DNA of 64,000 nt from NCBI GenBank assembly GCA_951406725.2, contig OX597827.1, positions 3,224,001 to 3,288,000 of the forward strand, read 5' to 3'. A model generated the notes under the pieces. The model had not been told where the DNA came from, did not search any database, and was given only the letters and a program-made list of their open reading frames with translations. Both the position numbers and the translations under genes were made by a program. Below are positions 38,922 through 51,154 of the stretch, in pieces. The first letter of the stretch is position 1. The number at the start of each line of letters is the position of its first letter. The stretch comes from Octopus vulgaris (taxonomy: Eukaryota).

Positions 38922-40714
38922 CTTTTGCACACCTTCTGTCTACCAACTTCACTCAGCCAAAGCAGAAGACATTTGCCCAAGGTGCTGTGCATTGTGCTAG
39001 AATTTAAAACCACGTGATTACATAGTGAGCTTCTTAACCACACAGCCACATGAGTGTATCTATTTTCATTTCCCTTTACTTATAACATTTCAAGATCCAT
39101 AAAAAGCAATCGCTTGTCCAGCATATAACATGTTGAACAACATTGCTCTGTATACTTAACATTCAAATAATTTAACATCAGAAAATAAAATATTTTATTC
39201 TATTTTATTTTAAGTCGCAACCTTTGGTGGCAACAAATATACACTCAATTGATATATTAAGTGAACAGAGTAAAACAGAGGTATATAATGAGAGAGCGTG
39301 TGGGTGTGGGTGGACGATTTGATATAACAAATAAAGTGAAAGTGGTGGGGATGGTGAGGGTGGTGATGATGGTAACAGTGGTGGTTGTGATAGTTGTCAT
39401 CATGGTCTTGGTGGTAATGGTGGTGGCAGTCGTCATCAAAGTGATGGTGGTGGTGGTGGTGGTTACTGTGGTAGTAGAGGTGGTAATGGTAGGAGTCATA
39501 ATGGTCGTAGTGGTGGTGGTCATCAGTGTGGTCATGGCGGGAGTGGTAGTGGTAGTGGTGCTCGTTGTTATCATTGTGATAGTGGAGATGGCGTTAATGG
39601 TGATGATAATCATTGTCAGCATCATAGTTGTTATGGAGGTGGAAGTGGTGTTGGTGGTGCTTATGGTCATGGTGGTGGTGGTGGTGGTGGAAGTAGTGGT
39701 GATACTGATGATGCACAACACAATGATTTTTTAAAATCAATGACACCAGAAGATGTGTCTTCACTGTGTTTTAAAAGCTCTGCATCTTCGCATGTGTGTA
39801 TATGTGCATTTATCTCTGCATGCACACACACATGCACAAGTGTCTGTGTGTGTGTGTGTGTGTATGTGTGAATGTATGTGCCTGTGCACATGCGCATGCC
39901 ACAAGGTAATTGTACAGCAGAAGTGGATCAGAAATATATTAAGTTCAAATTGACATTGTTATATGAAGCTATGGAAGGGAAGATTTCAGTCAGCTATAGT
40001 CAAGGGGAGAAGGAAAAAAATTGAGTAAATAAAACCTTCTAAATTCTAATTTTTGTTGTTGCTTCTTCCCATTGTGTTGAGAGCAAGAGTAAACGTTGAA
40101 ATACATTAGGTATCAACTCTTTATCTTTCTATTCCCTTAACAGTGCTCAGCACATGCTAAGTGAGGAAACTTGATATTTTTGTATTCCCCTTGGGAGGAG
40201 CTTGTTAGTTGATCCCTCTAGATTTGTATCCTTATCATTCTTGGTGTCTTTGATTAACGCTTACACTCAATACACCACAGTGAATAATAAAAAGCTATGA
40301 GGTATGTTTTTTTTTTTCCTTTTATTCTCCCTCAGGATTGTTCACAGACAAACCTATTAGGTTTCTGTTCATATTTTTATATTCGTTATATTTAACAACA
40401 AGGAACATCTGATAAGGAAGAAATCAGAAACCATTACTATTGTTGTTGTTATTGTTAGGAGCAGGCATAGTTGTGTGGTTGAGAAGGTGGCTTTCCAACA
40501 ATGTGGTCTTGAGTTCGGTACCACAGTGTAGCACCTTGTGCTAGTGTCTTCTGCAGTAGCCCCAGATCAACGAAAGCTTTGTGAGTGTATTTGGTAGATG
40601 GAAGCAGAAAGAAACCTGTCTGGTATGTATATGAATATACAAAATGTGACCGCGTGTGTACTGCTGACAATTTTTTTCTCCGTCTTCCCTTCCTTGGATC
40701 TTTCCTTTTCCTAT

Positions 40715-40749
40715 GTTTCTGACGAAGAGCTCCACTCGAAACGTTAAAT
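40715..40749 (+). ncRNA. minimal type I hammerhead ribozyme (Penelope-pLTR type) in a ~210-bp insert (40640-40850)
   Basis: GUUU-CUGACGA-A-GAG/CUC-GAAA-CGUU-AAAU: intact core, palindromic ACGU stem III, GUU cleavage triplet, stem I GUUU/AAAU. Confidence 0.8.
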
Positions 40750-40847
40750 CCTCCTTCTTTCTTTCTTTTCCTGAGCATCTAATAACACTATACCTGTTCA
40801 ACCTCCACACGCTGTTGTGTTTTCTCTTTGTGTTTTCATGTTTGGAT

Positions 40848-40851
<4 letters not shown>

Positions 40852-40895
<44 letters not shown>

Positions 40896-40912
40896 CATAT
40901 ATATATATATAC

Positions 40913-40986
<74 letters not shown>

Positions 40987-41014
40987 ATACATATACATAT
41001 ATATATACATATAC

Positions 41015-41057
<43 letters not shown>

Positions 41058-41090
41058 TGTGTATATGAGTGTGTGTGTGTGTGTGTGTGG
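40852..41090. repeat. long (TA)n/(TACATA)n microsatellite followed by (TG)n
   Basis: Direct reading. Confidence 0.95.
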
Positions 41091-41139
41091 AGTGGGGTGC
41101 AGTGGAATAGTAGACTGATAAAGAAAGTAGTGTTTGTAT

Positions 41140-42590
41140 GTGAAAGATTTTCAGAAGCCATAAAAACTACAGATACACAGGAAACTGATTTCTTCAAATG
41201 TCCTGGAGGCTCTCTAGAAGTAGTAGATAATTTCTGTTACCTAGGTGACCTAATTAGCAGTAGAGTGTACCAGAAGTGTAACTGCTAGAATAAGAAGAAT
41301 AACACGGAGAAAATTCAGAGAACCTCTGTTGGCAACAAAAAGTCTCTTTCTCCAAGTGAAAGGAAGATTGTATGATGCGTGTATACAAACAGCAATGCTA
41401 AATGGTAGTGAAATGTGATACCTGGAAGCAGAGAACATGTGAAGACTAGAGGGGGGTGGTGAAGGTCATATTCTCCACTGGATGTACAATGTCAGAGTAC
41501 ATGTTTGACAGAGCGGAAGTATATTATGAAAAAGTTCAGCATAAGGGGAGTTAGATGCAGTGTGCAAGAGAAAAGACTGCACTGGTTTGGTCATGTGATG
41601 TGTATGGATGAGGACAATTACATAAGAAAGTGTCAATCCACTTAAAGTGGATGGAACTTGTGGAAGAAGGTGACCTCCCAGGAAGACATGAGACAAAGTA
41701 CTAAAGGCTGATCTCAAAATGCTGAGTTTTACAAAGATGACAAAGGGCTGAGATATCCAATGCCTTGTTGTACTCAAGAAGACCCACCCACCACAGGAGA
41801 ATTGATATCCTAAGGCCACCTTGGTAATGATTGACCATGAGGGGCTCTCCCCCACCCACACTTCATCCCCAAACACCCATCACTTCCCTTATCACCTGAA
41901 AGCAGAATAGAAACATACAACATTCTCTGGCTTTCTCAGTTACTTTTCCTCTGCCCCAGTTACCTTTCTTCTCTCACCTGTTTCCACCAATCACCCCCTC
42001 CTTCCTCTGCCTTCTCTTCTCTCCCTTTGCTGCTCTCTGACATCAACACCTTGCTTACCTATTATCACCCTCAATGCTCTCACATATCTAACTCAACCTC
42101 CACCTCCAAGCCTCTATTATACTTCTTTCCATCACTTGCTAAAGTCACCGCAACTAACCCACTCACCCATTCTCACCACCCCTGATGTTCCTCGGTGATG
42201 GGGGCATATCCAAACACATCTCTGACATTATCTCTTTCACTATCACTCATTTTATCTTACACCCCAACTCACTCGCCATTGTTTTCCAAATGCAGTATTC
42301 CTGTATCTATTCTACAGCAAGACACCTATATCTGTCCTTTCTTTACCTTAAATGTCTCAACTGGTACAAAGCCATACTCCCTAAATACTACTCCTCTTAT
42401 CTCAGTTGAGGGACTTTTGTCATTCAAGGTACTTGACAACCTTGTTGGTGCTGGTACCATGTAAAAAGCACCCTGTATTCTTTGATTGGCATAGACATCA
42501 TGCCAAAGCAGACAATGGAAACCAGTGTGGTTCATGGCTTTACCAGCTCCTTTCAAATCGTCCAACCCAGATATTAAATGATGATGATTG
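41140..42590 (+). mobile_element. old RTE LINE 3' part: disrupted ORF end plus long 3' UTR and (GAT)n tail
   Basis: [21 protein letters not shown] and EKRLHWFGHVMCMD with many stops; tail CGTCCAACCC..ATGATGATG. Confidence 0.85.
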
Positions 42591-42619
42591 TGTGTGTGTG
42601 TGTGTGTGTGTGTATTGAC

Positions 42620-43212
42620 AATATTAAAAATAAGGATTTCTCCGAAGTAGCAATAGCATTACCTTCAATTCTATAACCATATACCACCTTTTAAGACCAA
42701 CACATGTTTCAATTGCACCAATTAATAATCATTGAAATTGCAACCCAACTATAAAACTGTGCAGTCTCTTCAGGGTCTAAATTTGAGATCCCTCGGTATG
42801 GCCATTTAATGATCTTCTATTCTAAAATCTGAGTTGCATCATTTTGAGCGGTCCCCTAAGTCAGACACAAACAATCTCTATTTCAAGTTCTCATTGGATA
42901 ATCATTTTCAGTCTGTCATTTCAAAAGCTTGTATAGTTTAAATTATAATTATTCATTTACACTTGGCAAATGTGAATTTCTTTATGTGCAAACATCTCAA
43001 TGCTTGTTCCTGTCTAGAATTTATTACATTAGCCTTGGATGTGAAAGTCCTGTAAAATTCTTCTAAACAGAGGTCACATCTATTGGTTCCAGGTCTGTAT
43101 GGTTTTACAGATTAATTCCCATTTAATTGTATAGTGCTTGTTACTGTCCTTAAAAGACCAGATTAATTTGCAAAGAACCATTTGGAACTTTATTTTTGTC
43201 TTTGAATGAACT
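42620..43212 (-). mobile_element. Penelope-like element 3' fragment: endonuclease C-terminus plus pLTR
   Basis: Manual translation with two frameshifts: SSFKDKNK / LCKLIWSFKDSNKHYTIKWELI / KPYRPGTNRCDLCLEE..VINSRQE..RCLHIKKF..*, stop at 42955-42953, hammerhead ~175 nt downstream. Confidence 0.82.
42694..42778 (-). ncRNA. type I hammerhead ribozyme with intact core
   Basis: AGACC-CUGAAGA-GACUGCAC..GUGCAAUU-GAAAC-AUGU-GUU-GGUCU: 5-bp stem I, 8-position stem II with one mismatch, short stem III, GUU triplet. Confidence 0.85.
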
Positions 43213-43828
43213 CAAATGATTTGTCAGACAGGCATAAGTTGGATAGTATGACAGAAGCTAGCCAAGTAGAAAAGACTACCCCTATGCTATTGTGTCTGTT
43301 TTGGCAGGGTTTTTACAGCTGGATGCCCTTCCTAACACCAATCACTCCACACACACACACACATGCATGCACATACACACACAGATACATACATACACAC
43401 ACATACATACATACATACATACATTATAAAATTTTCAGGATCTGATAAAATCTAGGTACTTAAATAACAAAGATAACAAAAGCACCAAGATAGAGTCAGG
43501 GATGGCACACCTGTGCACTAACAGCATGTACAGACACACAAGCACTTACTGAAGTCAATACAGATGTGCCTTCCCAGTAATGCATACATTCACAAGTATT
43601 GACCAAATACACAATGTATATGAAAAGTCAGGGAAGCATCTAAGTGTGGTGAAGTATAAACAAGAACACAGATCAGTTGAGGTTCACCACATAAAAAAAA
43701 AAATCATTTTCTTCAGGTGAATTAAGAGTATAATTTAACATTTAGGATTTTTTACACAAATAGTACATAATGCATATTGACACTCACATCTTGTGCACTG
43801 CTAGCCTTTGTCTTTTGTTCTTTTGGAG

Positions 43829-44720
43829 TCATCATCATCATCATCATCGTTTAGTGTCCGTTTTCCATGCTAGCATGGGTTGGACGGTTCTACTGGGGTC
43901 TGTGAAGCCAGAAGGCTTCATCAGGCCCAGTCAAATCTGGCAGTGTTTCTATGGCTGGATGCCCTTCCTAACGCCAACCACTCCGTGAGTGTAGTGGGTG
44001 CTTTTTACGTGCCACCCGCACTGGTGCCAGACAGAGCTGGCAAACGGCCACGAACGGATGGTGCTTTTTATGTGCCACCGGCACGAGGGCCAGGCGAGGC
44101 TGGCAACGGACACGAAACGGGGCAGTGCTGGCAACGGTCGCGAAACGGAAAGTTCTCTTACATGCCACCGGCACTGGTAACACATCTGCAATTTCCATTG
44201 ATCGATTTCGATTCTGATCCTCACTTGCCTCAACGGGTCTTCACAAGTAGAGTTTCGACATGCCACCGGCACTGGTAACACATCCGCAATTTCCATTGAT
44301 CGATTTTGATTCTGATCCTCACTTGCCTCAACACATCTTCACAAGTAGAGTTTTGTGTCCCAAGAAGGGAAGGTATGCATACATAGGCTGGCTCCATCCC
44401 ATGTAGAAGGCCACGGGTTATGGACTCACTTGTCCTGCCGGGTCTTCTCGCGCACAGCACACTTCCAGAGGTCTCGGTCTCTAGTCATTTCCTCAGTGAG
44501 ACCTAAAGTTCGAAGGTCGTGCTTCACCACCTCGTCCCAGGTTTTCCTGGGTCTGCCTCTTCCACAGGTTCCCTCAACCGCTAGGGTGTGGCACTTTTTC
44601 ACACAACTATCTTCATCCATTCTCGCCACATGACCATACCAGCGCAAACGTCTCTCTTGCACACCACAAATGATGCTTCTTAGGTCCAGCTTTTCTCTCA
44701 AGGTACTTACACTCTGCCGA
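43829..44720 (-). mobile_element. 5'-truncated young RTE LINE: open ORF C-terminus, full 3' UTR and (GAT)n tail
   Basis: ORF 44426-44749 LREKLDLRSI..VQERRLRWYGHVARMD..RGRPRKTWDEVV..DRDLWK runs directly into the repeat-rich UTR. Confidence 0.93.
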
Positions 44721-44754
44721 GTGTGAGTGTGAGTGTGAGAGTGAGTCAATAAAA

Positions 44755-45070
44755 CAAATACCGGCTGAGAACTGGAGTCAATATAATTGACTTACCCCAA
44801 CCCTAAAATTGATGGCCTTGTGCCAAAATTTGAAGCCAATACTATAGGTGGTGAGCAGGAAGAATCATTAGCACACCAGGCAAAATGCTTCAAGGTGTTT
44901 CGTCCATTCTTACATTCTGAGTTCAAATTCTGCTGAGGTTGACTTCGCCTTTCATCCTTTCGGGGTCGATAAAATTAGTACCAGATGTATACTGAGGTCG
45001 ATGTAATCGACTGTGCCCCTCCCCACAAATTTCTGGCCTTGTGCCTACAATAGAAAGGATTATCAGTAAT
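44755..45070 (+). mobile_element. SINE B tail fragment followed by a full SINE B ((ATT)n-tail subfamily)
   Basis: B core plus tail GGCCTTGTGCCTACAATAGAAAGGATTAT. Confidence 0.82.
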
Positions 45071-45104
45071 ATCAATATTATTATTACTACTACTATTATT
45101 AGTA

Positions 45105-45725
45105 GACTTAGTAGCTAGGGTGTTAAGCTCACAACTGCAAGATTATAATCTCAATTCCTAGACCAGGTGGCGTATTGGGTTATTGAGCAAAACACTTCAT
45201 TTCAATATTGCTCTGCGATCACTTCAACACCAGGAATGTGGTACACAGTGCACCTATTCAGGTAAAATCAGTTTGATGGAGGGAGTGAGTTAATGTACAG
45301 CACATACATTTGATCACTATTACCTGCGTCACCTTACTGGCACTTGTGCTGGTGGCACATGAAAAAATATTTGAGCGAGGTCATTGCCAGTGCTGCTGGA
45401 CTGGCTCCTGTGCAGGTGGCACATAAAAAGCACCATTTGAGCGAGGTCATTGCCAGTACCGCCTGACTGGCCCTCGTGCCAGTGGCACTTAAAAGCACCC
45501 ACTACACTCTCAGAGTGGTTGGCGCTAGGAAGGGCATCCAGCTGTAGAAACTCTGCCAGATCAAGATTGGAGCCTGGTGCAGCCCTCTGGTTCGCCAGAC
45601 CTCAGTCAAATCGTCCAACCCATGCTAGCATGGAAAGCGGACATTAAACCATGATGATGATGATGATGATGAAACAAATTATTTTGTGCAGGTCGTTCAG
45701 CTGGAGCTGAACACTCATACATCGT
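45105..45725 (+). mobile_element. SINE D-like copy interrupted by an RTE tail (45325-45670)
   Basis: TTGAGCAAAACACTTCATTTCA body, then RTE UTR with (GAT)n. Confidence 0.7.
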
Positions 45726-46472
45726 CTTCAATGAGAGAGTCCATCATCATCATCATCATCATTATTATTATTATTATTATTATTATGTCAGAATATATCA
45801 CTATTATTATTATTGTTGTTGTTGTTGTTGTTGTTGTTTGTCGTTGAAAATTGTTTTCCTGGTCGATCTTGTTAGTAACTGACTCACGCATCACATCAAG
45901 TTGGCATTACATAAAAACTCTCCACTAATTCTACAGAACAAATTGCCAGTGGCTAATACAGTTAGTTCTCAGTAGTGGCTAAAGCAACCATTCAGCCAGT
46001 GATTAAGACTTCCGTTCAATGAGAGAGAGAGAGGAGTTCTGCTTCTTCCCCACCACCCTTTAAAAGGAAACTAAATAAAATAGAATGAATGGAACAGAAT
46101 GAAAATGGCTAGGATTGATACAACAGACAACTCAGAAATGACAAACCAACAAAAATCTACCCTGCTCAATAAAATCCCTAAAAAAAACAAAACTTTTGAA
46201 AAGGAACTAATTCAAGATCGCAAGCTATTTTCAATAAAAGGATGAAGCAATTTGACAGCTATTGGAGGCCTTGCGTGTTGTCCACTCTATGATGGGAAAA
46301 AAATAGAGAAAGACTGAAAAGGGGGAAATAAAGAAAGTGAAAGTATATCGAACGAAGGGGTTGATGCTGCTGCACGTGATGTAATGGCTTAAGATATTAT
46401 TGACCGAGGTAAACTCCTTTTTTGAATAGTCCTGGTAACATGGACAAGAAAACTGATTGATTATACATACAT

Positions 46473-46506
<34 letters not shown>

Positions 46507-46536
46507 GTAAGCAGTATATATTAATGTATCTCTGTA

Positions 46537-46576
<40 letters not shown>

Positions 46577-46723
46577 ATGTATATATATATGTATGTATTT
46601 ATATATATAAATAGATAGATATTTATAAACGGAAACAATATAAAAAAAACAAAATAAAAACAATCAGTCATTGATTGTTATTTAGATTCCACTCTCTATA
46701 TAAATAATAAAAAAGGAATAATG

Positions 46724-46754
<31 letters not shown>

Positions 46755-46759
46755 TAATA

Positions 46760-46993
46760 ATCCTTTCTACTATAGACACAAGGCCTGAAATTTTGGGGGA
46801 AGGGAGATAGTCGATTACATTGACCCCAGTGCTTCCCTGTTACTTAATTTATCAACCCCGAAAGGACAAGAGGCAAAGCTGACCTCAACAGAATTTGAAC
46901 TCAGAACATGCAAACAGATGGAATACTGCGAAATATTTCGCCCAGTATGCTAACGATTCTGCTAGCTCGCTACCTTAGTATAATAATAATAAC

Positions 46994-47029
<36 letters not shown>

Positions 47030-47598
47030 CCTTTCTACTATAGGCACAAGGCCTGACATTTGGGGTGAGGGGTAGAGTCGATTACAACAATCCCAGTGTA
47101 CTTATTTCATTAGCCGCAAGAGGATTGAAAGCAAAGTCGACCTCAGTGGAATTTGAACCCAGTGCATAGGACCAGAAGAAATTCCACTAAGCATTCTGTT
47201 CAGTGTGCTTATGATTCTGCCAGCTCACTGCCAATAACAATAATGGTTTCAAATTTTGGTACAAGGCCAGTAATTTCAGGGAATGGGAAAATCAATTACC
47301 TTCAACCCAGTGTTCAACTAACACATATTTTATTTACCCCAAAAGGATGAAATGCAGGGGCGACCTCAGTGAAATTTGAATCCAGAATGTAAAGACATTC
47401 AAATGCTGCTAAGAATTTTTCTCAAGCATGCTAGTGATTCTGCCAATGTGCTGCCTTAATAATAATAATAATCCTTTCTACTATAGGCACAAAGCCTGCA
47501 ATTTGGGGGGAGGGGGATAATCGATTACATCGACCCCAATACTCAACTGGTACTTATTTCATCGACCCCAAAAGGATGAAAGGCAAAGTCGACTGCCA
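46760..47598 (-). mobile_element. array of four SINE B copies separated by (AAT)n
   Basis: Copies at ~46760-46975, 47028-47235, 47245-47458 and 47470-47598, all in the same orientation and mutually diverged. Confidence 0.85.
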
Positions 47599-47663
47599 CA
47601 AATTAATAATAATATAATAATAATAATAATAATAATAATGATGATGATGATGATGATAATAAT

Positions 47664-48905
47664 AAAGTGAAGGTCAGCGAGGCATATCTAAAAAGGGTGA
47701 AGATGGTGTTGAAATCCAACCAGAATGCCAAAAATTTGATTACTGCAGTCAGACATAGTGTGTCCATCCTCAAATGAGGATGTCATTTCCTCAAAGGGGG
47801 AAATGTCAATACTGGATAGAAAGATGAGAAAGTTGATGATGCTGCATGGGACGCTACCCCCTAAAGCAACCATAAACAGATTGTATATGAAAAGAAAGAA
47901 TGGTGGCAGAGGACTAATTAGTATAGACCATTGTATAAGGAGTGAAAGGAGAACGCTTGCTGAGTATTTTATAAATAGTGATGAAGACCTGCTGCAATAT
48001 GCTGCAAAATATATGGGTGTAAATGCAGATGAAATGATGGGCAAGGAAGAGTTTAACCAAGGAGCTGAGGAGAAGTGAAAAGAAGACCTTCTTGAAATGA
48101 GAATGCATGGACAGTTTGAAAAGAATACACAAAACGTTAAGGATAATACAGCATCGTGGGCATGGCTTGAGTGAGGTGATTTGAAGCGTACTACTAAAAG
48201 CTTGATCAATGCTGCACAAGACCAGGCTCTTGCAACCAATTCAGTGAAGTATAACATCTATAAAACTTCTGACACCCAGAAATGGAGAAAGAGTGTGGAA
48301 AATGTGATCCACTTGGTAAGTGGATGTGATAGCTTTGCACAAAAAGAATACAAGCACCGTCACGATAACGTGTTTGTGTATCTTCATTGGCTTTTATGCC
48401 ATAAATACCAGTATGAAGTAACAGGGAATTGGTATGAGCATGTACCAAGTAAAGTTATGCAGGAGGATGGAAAAGTAATGATATTCTGGGACTATGATTT
48501 TCAGATGGATCGTGTAATCGAACACCGTCGGCCGGATATTGTCATATTGAATAAGAGAGACAAATACTGTCGGATCATTGATGTAGCCATACCAAATGAC
48601 ATGAATGTTGTGAGTAAAGAGGTTGGAAATATCACCAAGTGGAAATGGCAAGACTGTATGAAATGCAAGAGGGTAATGTAAAAGTCATACCAGTGGTGAT
48701 TGGAGCGTTGGGTTCAATCTCATTGAAACTTCAAAACTTCTTAAGGCGACTGGAAACCCAATGCAAGATTGATGCCTTGCAAAAAGCAGCTTTATTAGGC
48801 ACAACGCACATCTTAAGGAAAGTATTACCTGTCTGCGGTCCTTGTTGTGACTTGACAGATGACTAAAGACTCCGGTGCGTTTTTACCCACACTGTGTTAT
48901 GAAGG
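47664..48905 (+). mobile_element. R4/Dong-clade non-LTR retrotransposon, 5'-truncated and disrupted
   Basis: RLYMKRKNGGRGL, MHGQF, AAQDQALATN, HLVSGC (broken CCHC), RHD, RRPDIV..IIDVAIP restriction-like endonuclease, VIPVVIGALG, LQKAALLGT; (TAA)n on both sides. Confidence 0.92.
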
Positions 48906-49149
48906 AATAATAATCATAATAACAACAACAATAATTCTGATTTCATGTATTTGCCATAGGAGCATCAGATGAGGGAGATAATTCAAAGACGTTACAAATT
49001 CTGTTGGGATTTACATATCAGGTGAGGAGAAAAAGGTAGGAAAAAAGGGACCAGTTGGTGATACCCTTGTTTGAAGATCTCCTGTATCAGGGAGGACTGC
49101 ATCATCCATGTACACACATATTTCATCAACTGCATATACTTTTCATATC

Positions 49150-49184
<35 letters not shown>

Positions 49185-51080
49185 GATTGTGCAAAAATTG
49201 TCAGGAAATCTTTCACCAAAGTGTTGGAGCAGATGTGTTGTGCTTTAGAAATGAAGAAAACAAATAAAATAAGATAAAACTGAAATGATGGCAATTGTAT
49301 TGACAAATTGAGATTCCACCGGATAAAGAGAAGATGGCGTGAGTCATTGCTATATAATGCATCTCAGTAATCTCCTAATTCTATATTTCAGAAAAATTTT
49401 ACAGAATGTGTGTGTGTGTGTGTGTGTATGTGCGTGTGAACACAGTGTGGTGGTGGTGGTGGTGATGGGGAGGTGAATGGGAGGCTTCTCCCTTTTAAGG
49501 GATGAAACAAGTATAGATGAAATGCAGAGGGTGTGTGTATGAGAGTGTTTGAAAGTGTCAGAGTTTGGCAAAGTGTAGCCCTTGGATATTTACGATTCAA
49601 AGAGTTTACTGGTATTTATGCTGAGTGAAATATAAAGATTTCTTTTAGTCTTGTTTTTTAAACTTTTTTCATCATTTGTTTTGATTTAATTGCTTCAAGC
49701 TGATCATCCATTTCATATCCTACACAGTGTTATAATTATCGGAATTTATTTCTTATATTATTATTATTATTATTATTATTGGTTTCACTTTGAAGATGCT
49801 TCATATCTTAAGCAAAATCCATATCAGCCATAAATACAAATAGTGTAGCACTGGCAATGAAATGGTGTATCATCATCATCCTCTGCATCATTTAACATCC
49901 TCTTTTCCATGCTGGCATGGGTCGGACAGAATTTGTTGAGGCAGATTTTTTCTATGGTGGGCCTTCCTATTGCAAACCAGTTTCCAAGCCAAGTAATATT
50001 TCTCCCCATGGCCAGATATGTTTTTCCACAAAAGACTGGAAATGAACAACATTCGTATGATGGTGATGCTCGTTTAAACCATCACATACTACCAAATCAA
50101 GGTTACACACACACAAACACATACATACAATGGGCTTCTTTCAGTTTTCATCTACCAAATCCACTCACAAATCTTTGGTCAGCCCAAGTCAAAAGTAGAA
50201 GACATCTACCCAAGGTGTCATATAGTAGGATTGAACCTGAAGCCAAATGCTTGGGAAGCAGGCTTCTCAACCACACAGCTGCACCTGCATCTTGATATAA
50301 AGGAATCCTGAACGACATTTTGATAATAAAAAAGAAAAAAAATGCTCTATCTTTGAATGACACTCTCGTGTTTAAAACCAGTTTTTAACAATAAGAATGC
50401 CTAAAATATTGTTTCTCCTATCCACCAGTTCTATTACTCTATATAACATGTTAGAAAATAAGCCAGTGATAAAGTTTGTACACAAATCCCTTTGCCTGTG
50501 AATGAAAATTTGCATGCATTCAGATATGAAACAACACATTGATGAAGTCTCTAAAAACCCACAAGAAATAAACGGTTATGCCTTTAAGAACAAAATTTAA
50601 TACAAGTTACATCGCCATTGAATTTGTAAAATTAAAGATGTTCATTGAATGGTGTAGTTCAAAGCAAAAAGAGCTATTGATGTTGGGTTAAAACCCTTGG
50701 ATGATAAAAAAGGAAAAGGCCAAAGGTTACGCACAGGACACAACCATGCCCCTTCTATAATCATGACAGATTGTGCCACCAATTGTGCCAGAGAAACCTT
50801 TGGTCTCTCTTCCATGGAATTAGAGAATGTAGTCTGGCAAGTGAGAAAGTCTGTTTACGAGTAGAAGAGAAGAGAGTAAGTGTTGTAATCAAACAAACAA
50901 GCTAGCAAGCAAACTAACACAGTGAAAATAGAGGTACTGAGTATTTGGGTGGTCTGATACATCCTTTGAGGGAAATAATGGTAGCGGTATTGATACTCAA
51001 TTCTGGAAATATAAACACATATACACAAACATACATATATATATGCATATGTCTGTGTGTCTGTCTATCTATCTATCAAT

Positions 51081-51151
<71 letters not shown>

Positions 51152-51154
<3 letters not shown>

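Noticed and set aside
42840-42925. Possible SECIS in the Penelope-like 3' UTR (minus strand AUGAC..AAA..UGAC); some Naiad elements are reported to encode selenocysteine
   Set aside because: Helix II is out of register and too short, the loop is too long, and no in-frame UGA occurs at Cys positions in the fragment. A SECISearch run on the family consensus would settle it.
45875-46385. AP-1 (TGACTCA), TGACAG and E-box (CACGTG) motifs in unique sequence
   Set aside because: Motifs of 6-7 bp occur by chance at this density, and no conservation or chromatin data are available.
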